A program made the translations under genes and the position numbers. The notes under the pieces are model-generated. The model did no database searches and was not told the origin of the DNA. It was given only the letters and a program-made list of their open reading frames with translations. Shown piece after piece: positions 49,551 to 59,805 of a stretch of DNA of 64,000 nucleotides (its first letter is position 1; every line of letters begins with the position of its first letter). Source of the stretch: Methanomassiliicoccaceae archaeon (GTDB lineage Archaea > Thermoplasmatota > Thermoplasmata > Methanomassiliicoccales > Methanomassiliicoccaceae); contig JAXGZN010000001.1 in assembly GCA_040776945.1 (NCBI GenBank), forward strand, positions 1,024,001 to 1,088,000, given 5' to 3'.

Positions 49551-49886
49551 ATGAAGCGCGACTTTGAGGAAGAAGAACGTGATGAGGAAGAGGACCTGGA
49601 AGCAGATGAGGAGGGGTTCGATGAGGAGGAGCCGATCATGGCCGAGAACGCCGTTGTGGACGTGGCGTTCGGCGAGCCCGACGACGGACCCGAGGAAGAG
49701 CAGAGGGTCATTGACTGGGTGTCGAGCTTTCCTCCAGGTGAGTTCCAGAGGCAGGTGGCCGACCTGTTCCTCTCGGACGGGGAGATCTACGTCATGATGG
49801 ACAAGATGACCGTCGTGCTCCCCCTTGTGGAGCTGTTCAGGCTCCTGCAGAGCTCGGGGGCGGTCCGGGAAATGGAAGAGCAGTGA
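49551..49886 (+). CDS. Acidic hypothetical protein
   Basis: 111 aa with an E/D-rich N-terminus and GAGG SD. Confidence 0.65.
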   Translation: MKRDFEEEERDEEEDLEADEEGFDEEEPIMAENAVVDVAFGEPDDGPEEEQRVIDWVSSFPPGEFQRQVADLFLSDGEIYVMMDKMTVVLPLVELFRLLQSSGAVREMEEQ

Positions 49887-49998
49887 GGGCCCAGGCCGCC
49901 GGGTGGCCCGGCGGCCGAGAACATTCATTAACAACCTCGGGATATTCCCTTGGCAAACTGTTCTCTCAGCTTGCCTCACTCGCTTTGGAGGCTATGAT

Positions 49999-51555
49999 TT
50001 GGTCAAGATCGAACGCGCCCTGATAAGCGTGTCCAACAAGGACGGCATCGTCGATTTCGCCCGTAGGCTAAAGGACCATGGGGTCGAGATCATCTCCACC
50101 GGGGGCACCGCGCTACTGCTGGAACGAAATGGAATAAAGACGACCAGCATCTCCGACGTCACTGGATTCCCGGAGATGATGGACGGCCGGGTGAAGACGC
50201 TGCACCCCAACATCCACGCGGCGCTGTTGGCCCGAAGGGACCACCCGGAGCACATGAGGCAGCTTGAGAGGATCAAGGTCAAGAAGATCGACATGGTGGT
50301 GGTGAACCTCTATCCCTTCCGCGACACCGTGAAAAAGCCGGGGGTCACGCTGGATGAGGTGATCGAGAACATCGACATCGGCGGGCCGTCGATGATAAGG
50401 GCCGCGGCCAAGAACTATGAGGCCGTGGCAGTGGTCACCGAGCCGGCGCGCTACGGGCCTCTGCTCGAGGAGATGAGCGTGAACGGGGGCAGCATCGGAA
50501 AGGAGACGCTCAAGGCATTGATGCTGGAGGCGTTCCGCTCCACCGCGAACTATGACGCGATGATCGCTCAGCATCTTGCCGGGGAGTTCCCGGGGCCCCT
50601 GTTCCCCTCTACGCTCACGATAGGCATGGAGAAGGTCCAGGACCTCCGGTACGGCGAGAACCCAAGCCAGAAGGCGGCCTTCTATGGCGATCCCTTCGTT
50701 ACAGGCGTCGCCGTCTCCAGAATGAAGCAGCTTCATGGCAAGGAACTGTCGTTCAACAACATCCTGGACATCGAGTCCGCGCTCTCTCTGCTCAGGGAGT
50801 TCGAGGACCGAGCCTGCGCAGTGGTGATCAAGCACACCAACCCTTGCGGCATCGCCTGCGATGACGACATATATGACGCGTTCATGGTCGCCTACAACGT
50901 GGACCCCATCGCTGCGTTCGGCTGCGTCATCGGCCTCAACCGGGAGTGCGATGTGAGGACCGCGGAGGAGATATCCAAGCACTTCGTGGAGATAGTTTTC
51001 GCGCCCTCCTTCGAGCCGGCGGCTCTGGAGCTTCTAAGCAAGAAGAAGAACATCCGCCTGATGACCACCCCTGGCCCCATAACCCTCGCGGACGCGCCTA
51101 AGATCAAACTGAAGCATGTCAAGGGCGGCATGCTGGTGCAGACCGCTGACAACTACCAGGTCACAGAGGAGAACCTGAAGGTCGTGACCAAGCGCGCCCC
51201 GACCCCTGAGGAGATCAAGACAATGCTTTTCGCCAACCGGATATGCAAGCACATATGGTCCAACACCGTCATCCTCGCGAAGGGAGAGAGGGCGGTAGGG
51301 ATCGGGGCCGGGCAGATGTCTAGGGTGGACTCGTCGTTCATCGCCGCCCACAAGGCCGGCGAGAACGCCAAGGGCTCGGTCATCGCCTCGGACGCCTTCT
51401 TCCCCTTCCGCGACGGCGTGGACGAAGCTGCAAAGGCTGGGGCCACGGCGATCATACAGCCTGGGGGCAGCATCCGGGACCAGGAGGTAATCGACGCAGC
51501 AAACGAGCACAACATGGCGATGGTGTTCACCGGGGTCCGGGTTTTCCGGCACTGA
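49999..51555 (+). CDS. purH: Bifunctional AICAR transformylase/IMP cyclohydrolase (bacterial-type, folate-dependent)
   Basis: RALISVSNK, GRVKTLHP, IDIGGP, LRYGENP, KHTNPCG, SDAFFPF, QPGGS, RVFRH; TTG start after GGAGG. Confidence 0.96.
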   Translation: MVKIERALISVSNKDGIVDFARRLKDHGVEIISTGGTALLLERNGIKTTSISDVTGFPEMMDGRVKTLHPNIHAALLARRDHPEHMRQLERIKVKKIDMVVVNLYPFRDTVKKPGVTLDEVIENIDIGGPSMIRAAAKNYEAVAVVTEPARYGPLLEEMSVNGGSIGKETLKALMLEAFRSTANYDAMIAQHLAGEFPGPLFPSTLTIGMEKVQDLRYGENPSQKAAFYGDPFVTGVAVSRMKQLHGKELSFNNILDIESALSLLREFEDRACAVVIKHTNPCGIACDDDIYDAFMVAYNVDPIAAFGCVIGLNRECDVRTAEEISKHFVEIVFAPSFEPAALELLSKKKNIRLMTTPGPITLADAPKIKLKHVKGGMLVQTADNYQVTEENLKVVTKRAPTPEEIKTMLFANRICKHIWSNTVILAKGERAVGIGAGQMSRVDSSFIAAHKAGENAKGSVIASDAFFPFRDGVDEAAKAGATAIIQPGGSIRDQEVIDAANEHNMAMVFTGVRVFRH

Positions 51556-52051
51556 CCGGGGCCCCGGTCATCTCCAGGAGGTCGTTGGGCCGCATGGTGC
51601 GCACCGACCGCACATGCGAGAACCTGCCCTCATTGGAGCACACCACCGCGCCGGGTATGCTGCGGCCGATTGCAAGTATGAGGGAATCGACCATGGACAG
51701 CCCCTCCCCCCGGCGGCTGAGCTTGTCCCCCTTTCCAATACGGACGTAATTGGCCTCCCTGATGAGGTCCATGGCGATCATGGCGTGCTCCTCCTCCACC
51801 GACTGGACCCGGATGTGCGGGAGTGCCAGGAGCTTCCTTAAGGTCTTTCTGGCCCGGTCCGGGTCCTTTGTGACGTCCAGGACAACATAGAAGACCTCGA
51901 CCAGGACCGGGGTCGGCAATATGCCGGTGAACTCGCCCTGCTCCACCCTTTGGAGCAGCTCGACCGAGCCGCGGCTCCGGGCATCGCGGGAGCGGACGAA
52001 TGCGTCGATGATCACGTTCGTGTCAACGATCACCGGCCTAGGAGCGGACAT
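51527..52051 (-). CDS. PIN-domain (VapC-like) ribonuclease
   Basis: IVDTNVII, VLVEV, LSMVDSLIL. Confidence 0.85.
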   Translation of the reverse strand: MSAPRPVIVDTNVIIDAFVRSRDARSRGSVELLQRVEQGEFTGILPTPVLVEVFYVVLDVTKDPDRARKTLRKLLALPHIRVQSVEEEHAMIAMDLIREANYVRIGKGDKLSRRGEGLSMVDSLILAIGRSIPGAVVCSNEGRFSHVRSVRTMRPNDLLEMTGAPVSAGKPGPR

Positions 52052-52283
52052 CCCTCACCTTCTTTCTCAGCTCGCGGACGTCTATTGCGCAGTCTTCCAG
52101 GCAGCCGATGATGTCGCTGCATCGAGAGATGTCCTGCTCCCTGCCCTCCTCGCCGCGCACAGGCAACAGCCGTTCAAGGGCATCGACCCTTGCCTCCAGC
52201 GCATCCAGGCGCCTCTCGGTGGAGCCTATGGTCCTTGGTCCCCGGTCTCGGGACCTACGCTTTCCAGTTGCTCTCTCGGCCAT
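52038..52283 (-). CDS. Putative antitoxin partner of the PIN toxin
   Basis: Small ORF overlapping the PIN start; coiled coil plus C-terminal DVRELRKKVR. Confidence 0.55.
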   Translation of the reverse strand: MAERATGKRRSRDRGPRTIGSTERRLDALEARVDALERLLPVRGEEGREQDISRCSDIIGCLEDCAIDVRELRKKVRDVRS

Positions 52284-52336
52284 GAGCACCGGCCCTCAGA
52301 TGGCAGTTGTAGGGATAAATGATGTTGGGCCGCGGG

Positions 52337-54052
52337 TCATGCCGGGCCGCCCTGTACCTTCTGCTCGCCCTCCATCTTCCTCGATGCAAGATGGAGCGCT
52401 CCGCCGGCGATCATAAGCACGCCGGCAACGACCAGCAGGTACGCTCCCAGGCCTATCCCCCATTGCACGCCAACGGTCCCGAGGTCCGAGGTTGTCACGC
52501 TCTTCTCTCCGCCGAACGGGCTGGAGGCCATAACGTCGATGATGGTCTCTATCGAACGGTCTTCGGCAGGCGCGAGGGAGGCCACTACGCTGCCCACGGA
52601 GGCTATGGCGATCACCACAGCGATCAGGGGAAGGAACATCGCAATGCCCCTGGTTATGCTCTTGCGGCCGATCCTTGTCCGCTCAGCTGCCACTGTGGAC
52701 ATGACGAAGGCCAGCAGGCCGACGACGATGAACGCCCATAGGGGCACTGGCAGCGCACCTATCTGTACGACCCCCATCTCCAGGTCGAGGGTGTTGATCT
52801 GGATGCCGGATATGCCGTCGATGTTGAGCACCTTCTCATATCCAGTGGTGGTGAACTCCGAGGTGTTGGCGTCGATCGATGCTGTGTAGAACGGCATGAA
52901 CGCCGCCACCAGGCCGATGATGATCCCGGCGATGACCAGCACATTCGCGATCCCCCGGCGGCCTCTGAGGTCCAGCAGCTCCACGTACGGGGGGCGCAGC
53001 TCCCCGGCACGTCGCTTCCTCACCGCTCTCCGGACCATGAGGAAGAGCGGCACAAGCAGTAGGGCGATCAGGATGAGGGCGAGATATGAAAGGACCAGTT
53101 CCACGGTCAGCATGGTGCCGTCCAGCGCAGCACGCGAATCCGCCCACGCGATGCTCCACATCTGTCCGTCCATGCGGAATGCCGGTCCGAACGGGCCGCG
53201 CTGCCCCATGGCCTCCGACGCCGGGGCGCCCCAGTCCCCCCACCTTCCTGAGTAGTCTATCCAAGACTGTGATGCAGGATGGTTGCCTGCCCCAAGCTCT
53301 CCGAGTAGCACGAGATCGTAGTCTGCGGACCTCAGCACCTTGCCGTTGCCGCCCACCACATCCTGAGCCGGCCCCATGGTGCCCTGGTACGGACGATAAT
53401 AGTTGGCGTGGCTTCCCCTCGCGACGTAAACGACCGGAGCGGAGCCGTCCTTCTCCACCTGGCCCCAGGCGGCCTTCTGGCCCTGTTCGTGCTGGCTGTA
53501 GGCGGCATATGAAGGGACCTTGGAGGCATCGAGGACGACCTCGACCATCTCCCAATCACCCTCATGGTTGTTGAACGTGCCTCCATTGAACACGTAGAAG
53601 AACCAATACTGGATGCCGATCCCCGTCGAGTCCGAGGTGACCCGGGCATAGACAGTGTGGCCCGCACCAGACCCGTTGGCCCTGTATTCGTCTATTATGC
53701 CCCCATCGGTCAGGTTGCCGGCGCGATGGTCGAGATAGTAGTTCCGGGACGGATCGGCGTATCCGCCCAGCGTCGTCGCGCTGGGCGTTGACGTCACCAG
53801 AACAGACGAGCTCCCAACGGCCTCCTTGAGGTCGCATCGATCGATGAAGTAGGAGACATCGACAGGGAAGACCTGCTCCCCGGAATTGAACTTCAGGACG
53901 GGGGCGTACAAGGCAGCAAGGTCGCGCTTCTCTTGGTCCGTGAGAGCCGGAGCGGCCGAGACGTTCATCATAGGGACGAGCAATGCGGATGACAGCAGGA
54001 TCGCCGCAACGATCGCGATGGTCAGGGCTACAGTTCTCTTGGACTTGGACAT
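52337..54052 (-). CDS. Vps62/NPP1-like extracellular domain fused to a multi-pass membrane domain
   Basis: Signal peptide, YAPVLKF...E.VFP, IQYWFFYVFN, HEGDWE, SQH, GSHANY, YSGRWG; about five C-terminal TM helices. Confidence 0.8.
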   Translation of the reverse strand: MSKSKRTVALTIAIVAAILLSSALLVPMMNVSAAPALTDQEKRDLAALYAPVLKFNSGEQVFPVDVSYFIDRCDLKEAVGSSSVLVTSTPSATTLGGYADPSRNYYLDHRAGNLTDGGIIDEYRANGSGAGHTVYARVTSDSTGIGIQYWFFYVFNGGTFNNHEGDWEMVEVVLDASKVPSYAAYSQHEQGQKAAWGQVEKDGSAPVVYVARGSHANYYRPYQGTMGPAQDVVGGNGKVLRSADYDLVLLGELGAGNHPASQSWIDYSGRWGDWGAPASEAMGQRGPFGPAFRMDGQMWSIAWADSRAALDGTMLTVELVLSYLALILIALLLVPLFLMVRRAVRKRRAGELRPPYVELLDLRGRRGIANVLVIAGIIIGLVAAFMPFYTASIDANTSEFTTTGYEKVLNIDGISGIQINTLDLEMGVVQIGALPVPLWAFIVVGLLAFVMSTVAAERTRIGRKSITRGIAMFLPLIAVVIAIASVGSVVASLAPAEDRSIETIIDVMASSPFGGEKSVTTSDLGTVGVQWGIGLGAYLLVVAGVLMIAGGALHLASRKMEGEQKVQGGPA

Positions 54053-54302
54053 GGTACTCTCCACCCGGCGTTCTGAACAGAGGGATGATGGAGCCAGTAA
54101 TTAACATTATTCTCTTAGATGATAAATATCCATAGAAAGGCCGCCTGCATGGATAAGGGCAGCGCTCGAGCGCATTAAAGTGCCGGTGATGGGGCCGCGG
54201 CCTGGAGCTGGACGAGCGCCGCTCCGTGCCATTGCCAGAAGGCCGTCGGATTAGGAAGACAGCATAAAAACCGATCACGAAATCGTGGACGGTGCGGTCC
54301 AA

Positions 54303-54347
54303 GATAATCATCATAATTATTCATAATCTATCATAATCTTTAATAAC
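54303..54347 (+). repeat. 10-bp-phased TCATAAT direct repeats
   Basis: TCATAATTAT TCATAATCTA TCATAATCTT at 54311, 54321 and 54331, with degenerate flanking copies. Confidence 0.7.
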
Positions 54348-54368
54348 AAAGAACGGATAGGCAAAGCG

Positions 54369-54923
54369 ATGAGGACAGCGGTGGAGATCGGGATGCCGAA
54401 GATCAGCCGCAGCGCGTTCGTGGACCGCTCCGCCGCCGTCATCGGGGACGTGACCATAGGTGACGATGTGTACATCGCTCCTAACGCCTCCATCCGCGCG
54501 GACGAGCCTGGCTCGAAGATGATCATTGGGGAAGAATGCAACGTCCAGGACAACGCAGTGCTTCACGCGGTGAGCGGCTCCGAGCTGCGCGTTGGGAAAG
54601 GGAGCACGTTGGCCCATGGATGCATTGTCCATGGGCCATGCACCGTCGGCGAGGGCCGTTCCATCGGTTTCGGCAGCGTGGTGTTCCAAAGCGCCCTGAT
54701 GGACGGCTGCGTGGTCATGCACCGCGCTTTCGTCCACGGGGCGACAGTGCCCGCAGAGCGCCTCATCGCCGGCGGGGCCATCATCGACGGTCATCTGGGT
54801 CATAGCGATCACTTCGAGGTGCCGGAGGACATAGCACGGTTCGTGGGATCGGTGCGGTACGCCAATGTCGAGCTGGGCCTCAGGTACCGACAGGGCGAGC
54901 GGCGCGGTCCTAGGGATGGATAG
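54369..54923 (+). CDS. Gamma-class carbonic anhydrase family protein
   Basis: Hexapeptide repeats, IRAD, NVQDNAVLH, LAHGCIVHG. Confidence 0.9.
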   Translation: MRTAVEIGMPKISRSAFVDRSAAVIGDVTIGDDVYIAPNASIRADEPGSKMIIGEECNVQDNAVLHAVSGSELRVGKGSTLAHGCIVHGPCTVGEGRSIGFGSVVFQSALMDGCVVMHRAFVHGATVPAERLIAGGAIIDGHLGHSDHFEVPEDIARFVGSVRYANVELGLRYRQGERRGPRDG

Positions 54924-54966
54924 TGGTGAAGCAGAAATGTTAAATCAGGAAAACCGCTCATCGCCA

Positions 54967-55245
54967 ATGAAGGCATTGGAGGAAGATACGAAATGGGTCC
55001 TGGGCGTGGACCGGCGCCTGGTCGTGATAAGGGCGCTGGACACCGATGGCGCGTTCAGCGCTTCAGAGGTGGCCGAGAGGACAGGCCGCTCCGTTCAGAA
55101 CGTCAGCCGGGCAATGGACGAGATGGAGACCATGGGCCTGATCGAGTGCCTGACCCCTGAGAAGCATAGCTGGAAGCGCTATATCCTGACCGAAAGAGGG
55201 AAGAAGGTCATCCACGACCTCAAAGGCAGGAAGATGATACACTGA
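54967..55245 (+). CDS. Small winged-HTH regulator (MarR/ArsR-like)
   Basis: SASEVAERTGRSVQNVSRAMDEMETMGLI...YILTERG. Confidence 0.85.
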   Translation: MKALEEDTKWVLGVDRRLVVIRALDTDGAFSASEVAERTGRSVQNVSRAMDEMETMGLIECLTPEKHSWKRYILTERGKKVIHDLKGRKMIH

Positions 55246-55282
55246 CGGCCCATATGATGGCAAAGGAAGGAGCGAGAACACC

Positions 55283-56749
55283 ATGATCCCCAAGATACCA
55301 CGCTGCATGAGCACCCAGCACCCAGATAATGTCAACGCGCCCTTCTTCGCTGAGAGCTCGGAGATGGGAGGGGAGGACGAGATACAGGAGGCGTACTATG
55401 TGTTCTCGCACCTGGACTGTGAGGAGCAGATGTGGGACTGCGAGGGCAAGGAGGTCGACAACTACGTGGTCAAGAAGCTCCTCTCCAAGTACGATTGGTA
55501 CTTCAAGGAGAAACAGCTGGGAAAGGACGTGTTCCTCACCCTTAGGGTCCCGAACCCATCGGTGGAGAAGGACGAGGCAAAGATCCTGCTGGAGACGCTG
55601 GAGTCGATACCCCGCTCCTTCGACACGGCCAAGCTGTTCTACGCCAACGACATCCCGCCCATATTCGAGGTCATCCTCCCGATGGCCGCCTCGGCGACCT
55701 CCCTGGACCGCATCTACCGCTACTACCACGACTTCGTCATCGGCAAGCAGCACATGACCTTCGGCAAGACCAAGGGCACGCTCGCCGACTGGATCGGCAC
55801 ATTCGAGCCTGACAACATCAACGTCATCCCGCTGTTCGAGGACCTCGAACACATGATGGACGCGCACAACATCACCCGCGACTACATGAAGGACAAGGAG
55901 CTAGAACACCAACGGGTGTTCCTCGCCCGCTCCGACCCGGCAATGAACTATGGGCAGGCAAGTGCCATACTCATGAACAAGATCGCGCTGTACAACTTCC
56001 AGCTGCTGGAAGAGGAGACCGGGGTCAGCATCCAGCCGATCATCGGGGTCGGCTCCGCGCCGTTCCGGGGCAATCTGAAGCCATCGAACGTGGACCATAT
56101 CATGGGAGAGTACCCCTCGGTGCAGACCTTTACCGTCCAGTCCGCGTTCAAGTACGACTATTCACACGACGATGTACGCGAAGGCATCCGGGCGATCAAC
56201 GACGGCTCGAGATCGAAGGCCATGGAGGTCGATCCCCAGCGGTGCAAGGAGATAATATCCAAATGCTCCGCTTCCTACCGGGAGAAGATCATCAAGCTCG
56301 CGCCGCTCATCAATGAGGCGGCGAGCTATGTCCCGAGGAGGAGGAAGAGGAAGCTGCACATCGGGCTGTTCGGATACTCCCGCAGCCTTGAGGGCGTCGT
56401 TCTTCCCCGGGCAATCGGCTTCTGCTGCGCCTTCTATTCTGTAGGCATACCCCCGGAGATCCTTGGCCTTGATGCGCTGGACGACAGCGACCTGGATTAC
56501 TTGAGACAGGTCAGCCCTCATTTCGATGACAACATGAAGGACGCGTTGCGGTTCATGAACCCCGCATCCCTAAAGACCCTGCCCCTGAAGGTCCGCATGT
56601 CCATAGACAACCTGGACCTCGACTACGAAACGGACGAGGAACATTGCGCGATAACCTCACTGATCATGGACAATCTGAAGAACAGCACCGGCAAGGGGAT
56701 GGAGGAGTCGGTCCTGCGGGCCGCGCATTTAAGAGGGTTCCTGGGCTGA
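55283..56749 (+). CDS. ppcA: Archaeal-type phosphoenolpyruvate carboxylase
   Basis: MSTQHPDN, MWDCEGK, LRVPNP, FLARSDPA, GSAPFRG, TVQSAF, RKLHIGLFGYSR, LPRAI. Confidence 0.95.
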   Translation: MIPKIPRCMSTQHPDNVNAPFFAESSEMGGEDEIQEAYYVFSHLDCEEQMWDCEGKEVDNYVVKKLLSKYDWYFKEKQLGKDVFLTLRVPNPSVEKDEAKILLETLESIPRSFDTAKLFYANDIPPIFEVILPMAASATSLDRIYRYYHDFVIGKQHMTFGKTKGTLADWIGTFEPDNINVIPLFEDLEHMMDAHNITRDYMKDKELEHQRVFLARSDPAMNYGQASAILMNKIALYNFQLLEEETGVSIQPIIGVGSAPFRGNLKPSNVDHIMGEYPSVQTFTVQSAFKYDYSHDDVREGIRAINDGSRSKAMEVDPQRCKEIISKCSASYREKIIKLAPLINEAASYVPRRRKRKLHIGLFGYSRSLEGVVLPRAIGFCCAFYSVGIPPEILGLDALDDSDLDYLRQVSPHFDDNMKDALRFMNPASLKTLPLKVRMSIDNLDLDYETDEEHCAITSLIMDNLKNSTGKGMEESVLRAAHLRGFLG

Positions 56750-56805
56750 GCTTGGAGCGGTCAGGTCGGTGCATTTAATAGCTGCGCCGGGCCTTTCGCC
56801 CACTC

Positions 56806-58674
56806 ATGGGCCACACGGTCACCTTCTACCCGGGCGGCACGGTAGTAGAGGTTCAGGACGGGGAGACAGTGCTGGACGCGGCCGTGGCCGCGGGAGTGCA
56901 GGTCAACAGCGTATGCGGCGGCAAGGGCACCTGCGGCAAATGCCTTGTCATCGTGGACGGGCCGACCGGATCAGAGACCAGGAAGCTGAGCCCTGAAGAG
57001 CACCAGCTGGGCTACCGCCTCGCTTGCCAGACCACGGTGCGGGGCGATATCACGGTGTTCATACCCGAGGAGGCACAGGTCAGCGAGCATCAGATACTCG
57101 CCGGATACCACGGTCGTCAGGCACCGGACCTAACGCCGCTCACGGAGGTGATGAGGCTCGACCTTAACGCGCCATCACTGGAGGATAATCTGGCGGACCT
57201 GGAACGGGTCGCCTGTGCGCTCGGGGAGAAAGGGATTGCCATCTCCCTTCCGCTCCTCAGAGAGCTGCCAAGACTCCTGCGCGAAGGGGGCTGGCAGCTC
57301 TCGGTCATGTTGACCCGCCTGGGAGGAAACGCTCGACTGCTGGCATTGGAGAAGGGCGCGAAAGGGATCCCCAATTATGGGATGGCCATCGACATTGGGA
57401 CCACTACGGTGGCCGCGGAGCTGGTGGACCTCAACAATGGAAAGGTGGTGGCGCAAGCATCGGACTACAACCGTCAGTTGGTGTGCGGGGAGGACATCCT
57501 GTCGCGCATCGCCTATGCCGAGGAGAAGGGGCTCACGAGGCTGACGGAGCTTGTATTGGACACCGTGAACGGCCTGATCGCCCAATTATGCGCGGAAAGG
57601 GACAAGCAGCGAAAGTACCACTCCGGCACCTGCAGCGATGACGTCGCGTCCATCGTTGTCAGCGCCAACACCGCCATGGTGCACATGCTGCTGGGCCTCG
57701 ACCCGAAGAACATCCGATACTCGCCTTACATACCGATCGCCAATGTTCCGCCCTCCCTTTCCGCGTCGGACATAGGCCTGCGGGCGCTCCCCGATGCCCC
57801 GGTCCACATCGTTCCGGGCCGGGCTGCGTACGTGGGCGGGGACATAACCTCGGACATACTGCTCTCCGGCATGCACACGAGCGATGAGCTGGCCTTGCTC
57901 ATAGACGTGGGCACCAACGGCGAGGTCGTCCTGGGCGGGAAGGACTGGATCGTAGGCTGCTCGACATCCGCGGGACCGGCCTTCGAGGGAGGGGAGGTCT
58001 CCTGCGGCATGCGGGCCATGACCGGGGCCATAGATAAGGTGTGCATCTCCGAGAGAGAGATCAGCATCTCCACCATAGGGAACGCCAAGCCCCGGGGCAT
58101 ATGCGGCTCGGGACTTATCGACCTCATCGCCCAGATGTTCCTCCATGGGTACTTGGACAAGAAGGGCAGGATCAACGCCAGCCACGCAGAGAGAGTGCGG
58201 GCCAGCGGCGAGGGCATGGAGTTCATCGTGAACCGGCCGAACGGGTCAAGGCCGATAGCGGTCAGTGACGATGACATCGCCAGCGTCATCCGGACCAAGG
58301 CGGCGATATACGCGGGATGCTCGGTCCTCCTCCAGTCCGTGGACAAGAGGTTCACGGACCTAGACAAGGTGTACATCGCCGGAGGGTTCGGCAGCTACAT
58401 CAACATCGAGAACGCCCAGACCATCGGCCTGTTGCCCGACATCCCCCGCGGCAAGTTCAAGCTATTGGGCAACGGTTCTCTGGGCGGCGCAAGGCTGTGC
58501 CTGCAGTCCCAGACTATGAGGGCCGAGGCCTTCGACATCTACTCAATGATGACCTACCTCGACCTCTCATCCTCCAAGGAGTTCTTCGACCAGTACTCCT
58601 CCGCGCTTTTCTTGCCGCACACCGAGATAGACCAGTTCCCGATGGTGAGGGAGCGGTTGGATGCGAACAGGTGA
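56806..58674 (+). CDS. ATP-dependent reductive activator of corrinoid proteins (RACE, AcsV/DUF4445 type)
   Basis: N-terminal [2Fe-2S] CGGKGTCGKC...RLAC; DIGTTT, YVGGD, DVGTNGE, SAGPAFEG, GICGSG, AGGFG. Confidence 0.9.
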   Translation: MGHTVTFYPGGTVVEVQDGETVLDAAVAAGVQVNSVCGGKGTCGKCLVIVDGPTGSETRKLSPEEHQLGYRLACQTTVRGDITVFIPEEAQVSEHQILAGYHGRQAPDLTPLTEVMRLDLNAPSLEDNLADLERVACALGEKGIAISLPLLRELPRLLREGGWQLSVMLTRLGGNARLLALEKGAKGIPNYGMAIDIGTTTVAAELVDLNNGKVVAQASDYNRQLVCGEDILSRIAYAEEKGLTRLTELVLDTVNGLIAQLCAERDKQRKYHSGTCSDDVASIVVSANTAMVHMLLGLDPKNIRYSPYIPIANVPPSLSASDIGLRALPDAPVHIVPGRAAYVGGDITSDILLSGMHTSDELALLIDVGTNGEVVLGGKDWIVGCSTSAGPAFEGGEVSCGMRAMTGAIDKVCISEREISISTIGNAKPRGICGSGLIDLIAQMFLHGYLDKKGRINASHAERVRASGEGMEFIVNRPNGSRPIAVSDDDIASVIRTKAAIYAGCSVLLQSVDKRFTDLDKVYIAGGFGSYINIENAQTIGLLPDIPRGKFKLLGNGSLGGARLCLQSQTMRAEAFDIYSMMTYLDLSSSKEFFDQYSSALFLPHTEIDQFPMVRERLDANR

Positions 58675-58755
58675 TCCCCGGCCCGCTCCCCCCGCCCCCG
58701 CGAAGCGCTGCTCACAGGCCACAGTATTTGAGGTCGGGAGAGAATAGCCGCGCCG

Positions 58756-59526
58756 ATGCCGGACCGCCCACCCGCCCGCCCGGAGGAAGTGTTCTCCTGC
58801 CGCGCGGCGAGATATGCCACCAGCAAGGTGCACGACGACAGGATGACATTGTCCTGGTTGGTGGACGCCGCGGCCCCCTCGGCGGAAGAGATCGCCCTGG
58901 ACGTGGGCACCGGAGCGGGCCACACAGCGTTTGCCCTTGCTCCTCGGGTGAGAGCGGTGGAGGCGGTAGACCTCACCGAGGAGATGCTGGAGGAGGCCCG
59001 CAAGCTCGCGAGGAAGCGCGGCATCCGCAACGTACGATTCAGCTTGGCCGATGCGATGTCCCTCCCGTTCGGGGACCGAAGCTTCGACATCGTGACCTGT
59101 CGCCGGGCGGCCCATCATTTCACCGACCTGGAGAGGGCGCTGGCGGAGATGGCCCGGGTCCTCAGGCTAGGCGGCAGGCTAGTGATCGATGACCGAAGCG
59201 TGCCGGACGACGAGGACACGGCAGCGTTGATCAATCGGCTGGACGCGATCCATGACCCGTCGCACGTGAAGGACCGGAGCCCCTGCGAATGGTCATCGCT
59301 CATCCAGGGGACCGGGCTGGAGCTTTTGGGGATGCGCCCTTACCGAAGAAGGATGCCCCTCTCCCATTTCACCGACATGACGGACCCGCCGACAGAACGG
59401 GCGATGCGCGACCTGATAATGAACGCGCCGGATCGCGTCAAGAGGACCATGCGCGTGGAGATAAGCGACGACTGCATTTCCATGGACAACTTCTTCGTGC
59501 TCATCTCCGCCTTCAGGTCCAGGTGA
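58756..59526 (+). CDS. Class I SAM-dependent methyltransferase
   Basis: LDVGTGAGH, LPFGDRSFDIVTCRRAAHHF, HDPSH. Confidence 0.88.
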   Translation: MPDRPPARPEEVFSCRAARYATSKVHDDRMTLSWLVDAAAPSAEEIALDVGTGAGHTAFALAPRVRAVEAVDLTEEMLEEARKLARKRGIRNVRFSLADAMSLPFGDRSFDIVTCRRAAHHFTDLERALAEMARVLRLGGRLVIDDRSVPDDEDTAALINRLDAIHDPSHVKDRSPCEWSSLIQGTGLELLGMRPYRRRMPLSHFTDMTDPPTERAMRDLIMNAPDRVKRTMRVEISDDCISMDNFFVLISAFRSR

Positions 59527-59805
59527 GCACGCCCTTATCTCGGAAAGCGCCAGCGCCGCGCCGGCAAATGGAGAGGGCTTGGGAATGTCCACGGCGCGCC
59601 CGACAGGACGTCGGAGGCCCTGGTGCGAATGGAGCGACCGACCTCGCGCTGCCACCCGGCCTGACGGACGCAAAGGAATGGCGGCATATCGGCATGCCGG
59701 ACGGAAAATAGCAAGCTTATTATAGAAGTGCTGATACTATACTAGCTAAACAACTTCGGGTTGTATAGTGGATCAGAGCAGGATCTACATGCAAAGGTGA
59801 CCGTG

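Noticed and set aside
49887-49998. ZTP riboswitch before purH (also THF riboswitch before folD or fhs)
   Set aside because: Only a small hairpin (GGCAA..CTG/CAG..TTGCC) is present and the consensus motifs are not; folD and fhs have very short leaders.
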